Source: Candidatus Saccharimonadota bacterium
Lineage (GTDB): Bacteria > Patescibacteriota > Patescibacteriia > 2-12-FULL-60-25
Length of the DNA: 32,000 nt
Assembly: GCA_963718585.1 (NCBI GenBank)
Contig: OY970357.1
Location: 930,001 to 962,000 of the forward strand
Direction: 5' to 3'
Under the pieces are notes generated by a model. The model did not search any database. It had not been told where the DNA came from and saw only the letters and a program-made list of their open reading frames with translations. This document shows positions 26,265 through 32,000 of the stretch, piece by piece (positions within the stretch are counted from its first letter, which is position 1; the number at the start of each line of letters is the position of its first letter). Made by a program: the position numbers and the translations under genes.

Positions 26265-26474
26265 GTGCTCGCGTTGACCATCCGGCACCGCGTGACCGCC
26301 AATGACGTTCACTTATTCTTGAATGGCCCGCTGCGCTCGCTCACGTCATTCGCAATGGAAACGAATGGAACCGAGCGAAGGCGCACGCAATGTAGCGGAT
26401 AACAGGTCGATGGTCAATCGTCCTTTTTGCATCTCCGTTTACGTATTCGCACGTGCGGTCTACGATACATGCCT

Positions 26475-26930
26475 ATGCGATACGCGATGAAATGGCTCCC
26501 CGCCCTTGCGATCAGTGCACTCCTCGGAGCCGGATGCGCATCCGGACCGACTCCGGCCTCAACGGCACCGCCGTCGGGAACACAAGCGCCCCAGACAGAT
26601 ACCTCATCCATCCCGACACCCGCACGCACGACGAATGGATTCGTTGGCAGCTGCGATGTCCGGAACATGCTCGGGATGTGCTATGAATACAGCGGCTCCT
26701 GGTGGGATGCAGACCGCGCCAAAGGAGACTGCGACTCCGCTCCGGGTGGGGTCTTCAGTGCGACTGACCACTGTCCGACGGCTTCCCGCGTCGCGACTTG
26801 CCCGTACAACCCACAAGAAGGAAAGACGTCATACGATGGGACGCTGACCTACGTCTTCTACACACCGGCGACATTGGAACAGGCGAACAAGAGCTGTCCA
26901 AATGGGAACGTCACACCAGCGACTCCGTAA
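26475..26930 (+). CDS. Cys-rich lipoprotein
   Basis: Signal and lipobox MKWLPALAISALLGAGC, with six further Cys. Start is either ATG 26475 or ATG 26487. The candidate promoter TTTACG-17-TACGAT ends 8 nt before 26475. Confidence 0.7.
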   Translation: MRYAMKWLPALAISALLGAGCASGPTPASTAPPSGTQAPQTDTSSIPTPARTTNGFVGSCDVRNMLGMCYEYSGSWWDADRAKGDCDSAPGGVFSATDHCPTASRVATCPYNPQEGKTSYDGTLTYVFYTPATLEQANKSCPNGNVTPATP

Positions 26931-26931
26931 T

Positions 26932-27174
26932 ATGGCGACTCCCGAACTTCTGAAAAGCCTCTGCTACGACGACACGGGTGAATTGAAACCCATGGATCAA
27001 TGTCGCGCGGCCATGATCAATCATCTGATCCTCGAACAAGGCGAGGGCGTGGACGAGGCCGAGGATGCGGCGGATAAATTCATCCGCGAAAGCGGGATCT
27101 GGCCCGTGCCAGACTTCACGTGGGACGAAGAAGACGAAGAGGAAGACACGATGAAGAATGAAAAGAAGTCTTAG
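26932..27174 (+). CDS. Small acidic protein (80 aa)
   Basis: The ATG lies 1 nt after the lipoprotein stop. The C-terminus is acidic (WDEEDEEEDT). Confidence 0.55.
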   Translation: MATPELLKSLCYDDTGELKPMDQCRAAMINHLILEQGEGVDEAEDAADKFIRESGIWPVPDFTWDEEDEEEDTMKNEKKS

Positions 27175-27287
27175 GCTATCCACACCCCAACGCCTTGACG
27201 CATTCGCCACGCCGTGAGAAGAACAACGCATGAAAAAGGAGGTCCAGTCGCTCTTGAACGCTCAGACGGATCTCCGTCTGCGTTGAG

Positions 27288-27307
27288 TCCCGCTCGCGGG
27301 ATTTTTT
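27288..27307 (+). terminator. Intrinsic terminator
   Basis: TCCCGC-TC-GCGGGA followed by T6. Confidence 0.6.
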
Positions 27308-27330
27308 CGTAGAAGACCTCCTTTCAGAAA

Positions 27331-27516
27331 CTTGTCGGACGACGCGCGACTCGAGGGAAGCGTACGTGGTCCGACGAGCGAGCCAAGACCCTAAAAGTCT
27401 TTACTCCTGATCCGCCTTAGGCGGACTCACGGACACCTGACGTCGGTGTCGCCGTTGCCATGCTTGGCGGTGACACCGCGTCCAATGCCCCGCTTTTTCA
27501 AAAGCGGGGTTTTTTG
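27331..27516 (+). ncRNA. Candidate orphan structured RNA (about 185 nt) ending in a strong terminator
   Basis: Located between two plus-strand terminators, with no plus-strand gene downstream. Helices: CTTGTCGGAC(27331-40)/GTCCGACGAG(27369-78), AAGAC/GTCTT (27385-27401), TCCGCC/GGCGGA (27411-27425), and GGTGTC (27445-50), which can pair with either GACACC 27432-37 or GACACC 27472-77. I see no recognisable known RNA family. Confidence 0.35.
27488..27516 (+). terminator. Strong intrinsic terminator
   Basis: Stem CCCCGCTTT(27488-96)/AAAGCGGGG(27501-09), followed by TTTTTTG. Confidence 0.85.
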
Positions 27517-27520
27517 TTTT

Positions 27521-27555
27521 AAAAAAAAACGCCCCCGACACGAATGCCGGGGGCG
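27521..27555 (-). terminator. Intrinsic terminator of the minus-strand lipoprotein operon
   Basis: Stem CGCCCCCG(27530-37)/CGGGGGCG(27548-55). An A9 run on the plus strand gives the U-tract on the minus strand. Confidence 0.8.
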
Positions 27556-27580
27556 GAAGTTGAAGGGAAAGGGCGGAGCT

Positions 27581-28384
27581 CTATTCGAACTGTTCGTGCC
27601 GCACATTCATCCAGTGTTCTTCACCGTGCGTTCGCATGATGTTGAACGAAAAGGTGAACGTGTGGCCCATCTGGTGTTTGACGACCAGACGACCGGTGGG
27701 ATCCTGCCTGACCTCGTACGCTCGGAACATGACCGGGAAGGGCACTGATGCATCCCTGACGCCTGGCCGCTCGATCACCTGTCCGTTCACCCGACCTTCG
27801 TCGAGGATCCCGAACGTGGCTTTGAACGGCGCACGCCATCCGGTCGTGTCCAGGGCGTTGGGGGGCAACGCCTTGATCAGATCCTCGGTCCCATTGGGGT
27901 GCTGAACATGGATCACGACCTGCTTGATGGCCGCGTCACAGTTCAATGGCGACACCCAGGGGGATGCCACCTCGATGAAATACCCGGTCCAGTTCCGGAC
28001 CTCGAGCTTGTGCTCGGGATCCACACCGCACGTTGGGATATACATCGTGGACGCCCCTGCCATGCCGTAGCCCGGCGTAGGAAGTGGCGACCCCATGGGA
28101 GTCGGCTGCCTCGGACCTGGACCAGGAAGGACTGAGCCGTCCGCCTGCCCCGCTTCCGATGGCATGGACTGCAGAGCCTGCATGTTGGTCTCGTTCACGT
28201 ACTCCAGGCATGCCTGGTAATCCGCAGACGAGCTCTGACCCTTCACGCATCCGTGACCGGTCGGGTCGATGGCCCTCTTCCAGTCCCCCGTCGCCGCCTG
28301 CGCGGTCTGGGGGGCTGACGTCTGAACACCAGCCGAGCAGGCAGCGAGGAACAATGCGATCGAGAGGATGAAGAGTTGCTTCAC
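27581..28384 (-). CDS. Lipoprotein, unknown function (267 aa)
   Basis: GTG start overlapping the upstream stop (GTGA), with AGGAG upstream. Lipobox MKQLFILSIALFLAAC. Confidence 0.75.
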   Translation of the reverse strand: MKQLFILSIALFLAACSAGVQTSAPQTAQAATGDWKRAIDPTGHGCVKGQSSSADYQACLEYVNETNMQALQSMPSEAGQADGSVLPGPGPRQPTPMGSPLPTPGYGMAGASTMYIPTCGVDPEHKLEVRNWTGYFIEVASPWVSPLNCDAAIKQVVIHVQHPNGTEDLIKALPPNALDTTGWRAPFKATFGILDEGRVNGQVIERPGVRDASVPFPVMFRAYEVRQDPTGRLVVKHQMGHTFTFSFNIMRTHGEEHWMNVRHEQFE

Positions 28385-28962
28385 TTGGACGTCTCCTGCT
28401 CCTTCTTAGGAGCCTTGGGGTTTGAGGGTTCGGGTTTACCGGCGCTGTCGGCGGGAGCCGCCTGCGCCTTCTTGAGCTCGTTGAGCTCCTTCTGCTGATG
28501 CGCGAGTTCACGCGTCAGCAGGGCGGCGTTCGTATCGTCTGAACTGGACGACGCCTGAGCCGCCGGTTGAGGGACGACGACCGCGACCCCGCTCGAAGGC
28601 AGATCCTGCACCGCGGCTTGCGCCGGGGTGAGGGTGCTCGGCATGGTGACCGGGAACGGACCGCCAGGGACGACGACCGAGACACCGGTCGCACCCATGC
28701 CGTATCCGACACCGACGCCGCCACCGACCATGCCCATGCATTGCTGGTAGGCGATGGCAGTCGAGTACGCAGGCGCGAGACGCGCCATGCATTCGTTCAT
28801 CGCGCCGGTGGTATCCACCGTCCGCGTGGTGTCGTCACTGTAGGGACCTTCGTTATGCTTCACGGAGACCACCCCGCTCGGCGTGTTCGCGGTCATGGTC
28901 GCAGTGTGTGTCCCGCAACCGACCGCCACGATCGCGGCGCAGATGATGATGAATTGTTTCAC
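28381..28962 (-). CDS. Lipoprotein with a Gly-rich middle and a coiled-coil/Lys-rich tail (193 aa)
   Basis: GTG start with AAGGAG 6 nt upstream. Lipobox MKQFIIICAAIVAVGC. Confidence 0.75.
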   Translation of the reverse strand: MKQFIIICAAIVAVGCGTHTATMTANTPSGVVSVKHNEGPYSDDTTRTVDTTGAMNECMARLAPAYSTAIAYQQCMGMVGGGVGVGYGMGATGVSVVVPGGPFPVTMPSTLTPAQAAVQDLPSSGVAVVVPQPAAQASSSSDDTNAALLTRELAHQQKELNELKKAQAAPADSAGKPEPSNPKAPKKEQETSK

Positions 28963-29051
28963 TTGATTCTCCTTGTTGTCGAAGTTTCGAGCCCCTTAGG
29001 CTGGTTGATCGATCATCAGGTGGATTTACGATCCTCCATAATGAACAAATG

Positions 29052-29080
29052 AATATAGCACGAATTAACGATTTTGTCAA
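29052..29080 (-). promoter_or_regulatory. Near-consensus sigma70-type promoter for the 28962 lipoprotein operon
   Basis: The minus strand reads TTGACA(29080..29075)-17 nt-TATATT(29057..29052), which implies a 5' UTR of about 85-90 nt. Confidence 0.6.
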
Positions 29081-29114
29081 GGCATTGATGAACAAAATAA
29101 TGGCTTAACTAAGA

Positions 29115-29146
29115 TAAAAAACCCCGCCTCTGGAGGAAGGCGGGGT
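29115..29146 (-). terminator. Intrinsic terminator after the 29172..29540 gene
   Basis: Stem CCCCGCC(29122-28)/GGCGGGG(29139-45). An A6 run on the plus strand gives the U-tract on the minus strand. Confidence 0.8.
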
Positions 29147-29171
29147 GAGAGATCTTTCGCTGTGTTGAGCG

Positions 29172-29540
29172 CTATGGAACGAACGGGGCATTGGCGACAT
29201 AGGTCGGGGCATAGCCGTATCCGCCATACCCGTACCCAAGATAGCAATTGCCGTGTGCATCTTGGTACGCCAGGTACGGACAGGCCTTGGGCGCGCCGTA
29301 GCGCAGTGCCTCGACCTTCTCGCCACAGTCGCGCTCCGCATTGGGGTTTGACCCCTGCCCCTCCAGGCACTGGTCATAGACCGCCTGCGTCTGCGTGGCG
29401 CTGACGGACGACGAGCGGAACGGGCCGGTCGCGGTATGCGACCGAAACCGCACGCCTGGGAACGCACTCTGCGTGTCGTTGGAATGGATACCGCATGCCG
29501 TGAGTCCTACGGCCGCGATCATGAAAACGAACGTCCTCAT
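29172..29540 (-). CDS. Small lipoprotein with a Gly/Tyr-rich C-terminus (122 aa)
   Basis: ATG 29540 with AAGGAG 6 nt upstream. Lipobox MRTFVFMIAAVGLTAC. C-terminal GYGYGGYGYAPTY. The track's longer 174-aa version runs through the promoter and is rejected. Confidence 0.75.
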   Translation of the reverse strand: MRTFVFMIAAVGLTACGIHSNDTQSAFPGVRFRSHTATGPFRSSSVSATQTQAVYDQCLEGQGSNPNAERDCGEKVEALRYGAPKACPYLAYQDAHGNCYLGYGYGGYGYAPTYVANAPFVP

Positions 29541-29573
29541 CAGGTCTCCTTTCGGGTGCGAGGAATAGTCACA

Positions 29574-29602
29574 TTCATACCAAAAATAAAGGCATTTGTC
29601 AA
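29574..29602 (-). promoter_or_regulatory. Near-consensus sigma70-type promoter for the 29540 lipoprotein gene
   Basis: The minus strand reads TTGACA(29602..29597)-17 nt-TATGAA(29579..29574). The -35 element sits inside the palindrome GGCATT-TGTC-AATGCC (29591-29606). Confidence 0.6.
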
Positions 29603-29626
29603 TGCCTATGCACCTGTCTGGATATA

Positions 29627-29655
29627 TCAAAAGCCCCCCGGAAGACCGGGGGGCT
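29627..29655 (-). terminator. Intrinsic terminator after the polytopic membrane-protein gene
   Basis: 10-bp GC-rich stem AGCCCCCCGG(29632-41)/CCGGGGGGCT(29646-55), followed by a short U-tract on the minus strand. Confidence 0.7.
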
Positions 29656-29686
29656 TGAGACGTATAAGGAAGGAACGAAACCGAGC

Positions 29687-31123
29687 TCACTCGCACGAGC
29701 GCGGGAAACGTCGACAGAGCTCTTGGAGATCCGCCGACTGACCATTGGGGTTCGCCGCAACCGTCGTTTGCGGGGGCGCCGTTGCGATGGGTGCGGCTGG
29801 GGCAGGTGCGTCTGCCGGAGCTGCGGGCGAGGTTTGAGGCTTCACGGGTGGAGCCTCGGGAACCGTCTTGGACGCACCTGATGACGTCGATGGACGATCC
29901 TTGGAAGAACCATCATCCGACGCCACTACGAGCACGTGACTCGCGGTCCCAAAGACCGCTTGTGTCGTCTTGTGCCAGATGACGCCGGTCACGTGTAGTC
30001 CGAGGACCGCCGTGCCGTAGAGTGCCAACAGGATGAATGGGACTGCGAGGAGCTTGCGCACCCCATTGCCCCAGATCACCGCAGCGAGCGCTCCCAACAG
30101 GACCGTCCCACAGATCATGGCCAGCGTCTCAGCGCTCGTCAGTTGATGGATCCAGTTGAGCCCATCATGGAACCCGCCGAGAATGGACAAGGTCCCGAGC
30201 TGGAGATCCCTGAAGAGGACATCCACGAACTGCTCCGCGTCCGGAATGAAGATGACGAGCCCGTCGAACCCTAGCAGGACGAAGCACAGGACCTCGAAGT
30301 AGGCCGCCGACTTTCGACGGCGCTCCGACGTATCCACGCCTTCGGATTCGAGATTCCCCCACGCCATGGCCGTGACAGCCGCGACGATGAAGGAGAACCC
30401 GAGGACCACCGGGTACGGCATGAGGATCCCAAGGGCGATGACCGGATAGAGCGCGCGATTGATCTTGCGCTTCCCGTTCTTGACCCACGGCACCCACCGT
30501 TCCTGGTCGGCGATGTTCACGTCGGGGAGGGGCTTCTTGTCCTTGGTGACCCAGTTCATGGCGAACCGGACCACCACGTTCGAGCTCCCCTCAGCCAGGT
30601 CGATACCCAGCGCCGCCAAACGAGCCATGACCTCCAATGTCGCGAAAACGATGTCTCGCGCCATGAAGAGGAACAAGGCCCCGATGACAGCATGCGCACG
30701 ATTGTGTGCTGCAACGCCTCCGACGAACTCCCACAGTCCGAAAACTGCGAAAGAGAGCACCGGAATCGTCAAAAGGGGCGATAGGCGAAACTCCTCACGA
30801 GGCCGCAGACGATTGACGAGGACAGCGATGACCCCGACGACCGCAATGAGCACCGAGACGAGGATGACCCACCACGTGCCACTGACGCAGCTCAGCACGA
30901 CTCCGACGGCGAGCAAGAGGGCAACGAGCACGGAGAGTGTCCTGAGAACGGGAACGACCGTCTCGTACCAGACATCCCGCATGATCTCGCTGACATTCTC
31001 TGCAGTCTCTCCGAGCCGGTTACGGATCGCTGTCAGGACCACTCCGAATCCGAAGTGGTTGGCTGCGGCGACGAAAACGACAAACGCGACGATCGCCGCG
31101 ATGCTAACGAGGATCAGATGCAT
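29687..31123 (-). CDS. Polytopic integral membrane protein with a Pro/Ala-rich C-terminal tail (478 aa), unknown function
   Basis: About 10 or more hydrophobic helices. SD GAGGTGG lies upstream of ATG 31123, which is 3 nt after the upstream stop. Confidence 0.75.
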   Translation of the reverse strand: MHLILVSIAAIVAFVVFVAAANHFGFGVVLTAIRNRLGETAENVSEIMRDVWYETVVPVLRTLSVLVALLLAVGVVLSCVSGTWWVILVSVLIAVVGVIAVLVNRLRPREEFRLSPLLTIPVLSFAVFGLWEFVGGVAAHNRAHAVIGALFLFMARDIVFATLEVMARLAALGIDLAEGSSNVVVRFAMNWVTKDKKPLPDVNIADQERWVPWVKNGKRKINRALYPVIALGILMPYPVVLGFSFIVAAVTAMAWGNLESEGVDTSERRRKSAAYFEVLCFVLLGFDGLVIFIPDAEQFVDVLFRDLQLGTLSILGGFHDGLNWIHQLTSAETLAMICGTVLLGALAAVIWGNGVRKLLAVPFILLALYGTAVLGLHVTGVIWHKTTQAVFGTASHVLVVASDDGSSKDRPSTSSGASKTVPEAPPVKPQTSPAAPADAPAPAAPIATAPPQTTVAANPNGQSADLQELCRRFPRSCE

Positions 31124-31126
31124 CTC

Positions 31127-32000
31127 TTACCACCTCTTCTTCTTGTTGAGTTCGATGCGCGCACGGCGCGCTTGACGTCGTTGTTCCGCGGCAGTTGGCG
31201 TGCCGCCCGCCTGTGCAGGTGCACCTTGGGCAGCTTCCGCCGCTTGTTTCATACCTGGATCTATCATCTCGGCGATCGCTTGCGCATTCGCGGCAGGATT
31301 TTCCAAGAAATCCTTGAGGGACTTCTCCGCCTTTGGCACGATCGCATGCGTGATGCGCTTGCCGATGTTGAGGATCGAGCCGAGACTCGCGGGAGCGGTA
31401 GGCGGCTTCCCGTACAGTGCCTCGAGATAGCTGAGGCGCTGATCATTCTCCTGGGCGATGAAGGCCGAGAGGGCGATCATGTCATTGAGCTTCGGCCGGT
31501 AGAAGTCGAACTTCTTCCGGTCGTCTGCGCTCAAGCCACCGAGCCACACCAGCAGACGCTGGCGATCCGTAGCCGCAAGACGCGGAACAAGCTGAGCGAA
31601 CGTGAACTTACTCATCCGAGCCCCGAGATTTCCCTGGACCTGGACGAGGGCTTTATCCACGTCGTTTTCGGTCAACCTGCCACGCTGGACATAGCCCTGG
31701 CGTACACCTTCGATGAGATCGTCGAGCGCCTCATCGATGATGCCGTTGACCTCGGGCGGCAACCCGGCTTGTCGAAGATACTTCTTCAGGACTTCCGGGT
31801 TCTGGATCCAGGCTGCTAGAGCCGGGAATACCATGCCGCTCACCGTTGCTTTGCCGAACGCGGTCTCGAGGAACCCGGTGAGGGTCGAGACCCAGCCGAT
31901 GTCAAAGCCGCGACGACCGATGTCGTTCGAGATCATGCTGACGAAGTTCTTGAACATCCGCCAACTGAACTTACTATCCGACGCGACGTCGATCACTTTG
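31127..32000 (-). CDS. Hypothetical soluble protein, 5'-partial (continues beyond the window end)
   Basis: The frame stays open to base 32000. The track's GTG at 31996 is only the first possible start within the window. The C-terminus is basic (RRQARRARIELNKKKRW). Confidence 0.65.
   Translation of the reverse strand, partial: KVIDVASDSKFSWRMFKNFVSMISNDIGRRGFDIGWVSTLTGFLETAFGKATVSGMVFPALAAWIQNPEVLKKYLRQAGLPPEVNGIIDEALDDLIEGVRQGYVQRGRLTENDVDKALVQVQGNLGARMSKFTFAQLVPRLAATDRQRLLVWLGGLSADDRKKFDFYRPKLNDMIALSAFIAQENDQRLSYLEALYGKPPTAPASLGSILNIGKRITHAIVPKAEKSLKDFLENPAANAQAIAEMIDPGMKQAAEAAQGAPAQAGGTPTAAEQRRQARRARIELNKKKRW

Noticed and set aside
27230-27286. 18-codon mini-ORF (MKKEVQSLLNAQTDLRLR) before the first terminator, as a leader peptide
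   Set aside because: It has no SD of its own; the AAGGAGG lies inside it. It has no run of regulatory codons, and no downstream plus-strand gene exists to attenuate. It is mentioned only as part of the locus description.
27331-27516. Possible SRP (4.5S) RNA, tmRNA, RNase P RNA or 6S RNA identity for the structured RNA
   Set aside because: GGUCCGACGAGCGAGCCAAG superficially resembles the SRP domain IV string GGUCCGGAAGGAAGCAGCCAAG, but the GGAA tetraloop and the symmetric-loop pairing are not reproduced. There is no tRNA-like end or tag ORF for tmRNA, and no GAGGAAAGUCC core for RNase P. 6S cannot be judged without a fold or covariation, so the locus is left as an unclassified candidate.
30459-31819. 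238-aa and 254-aa plus-strand ORFs at the right end
   Set aside because: Antisense to the polytopic membrane protein and gene A. They have Arg/Thr-rich shadow composition and no plus-strand signals.

Overview
GC-rich (about 60% by eye) bacterial chromosome segment, densely coded and full of long antisense shadow ORFs. The gene content resembles a small-genome uncultured lineage such as CPR/Patescibacteria, but I cannot verify that without a search. Left to right:

- **Minus-strand SOS-type operon:** lexA, a 100-aa unknown ORF, dinB, then leuS. leuS runs off the window start and is missing from the supplied ORF track. I translated it by hand; it carries a complete Nudix domain inserted in the CP1/editing region.
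- **Envelope and repair genes:** a secreted lamin-tail-domain protein, an alpha/beta hydrolase, tRNA-Gly(GCC), PolX and an anchored secreted protein.
- **tRNA-Leu(UAA) locus:** a HAD-like ORF, then tRNA-Leu followed by a 163-nt hairpin-dense insert and a second copy of the tRNA 3' end, then a SET-domain protein.
- **Unknown-function operons:** a coupled three-gene operon whose largest protein has beta-carbonic-anhydrase-like zinc motifs, and a small secreted/membrane protein pair.
- **Housekeeping and cell-surface genes:** Nramp transporter, ruvB with two coupled membrane proteins, a SpoIID/LytB-domain protein, a Wzx-like flippase, an O-antigen-ligase-like protein, a stand-alone Nudix hydrolase, an MliC-domain protein and tRNA-Ser(CGA).
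- **Right end:** two small proteins, an orphan structured-RNA locus, and a minus-strand cluster of three lipoproteins, a polytopic membrane protein and an unknown soluble protein.

I saw no CRISPR array, transposase, integrase or rRNA.

The most unusual items are the tRNA-Leu 3'-end duplication with its structured filler, the LeuRS-Nudix fusion, the GAAC-N7-GAAC direct repeat inside the lexA promoter, and the orphan terminator-flanked RNA at 27.2-27.5 kb. All functional calls come from motif recognition by eye; no database search was possible.
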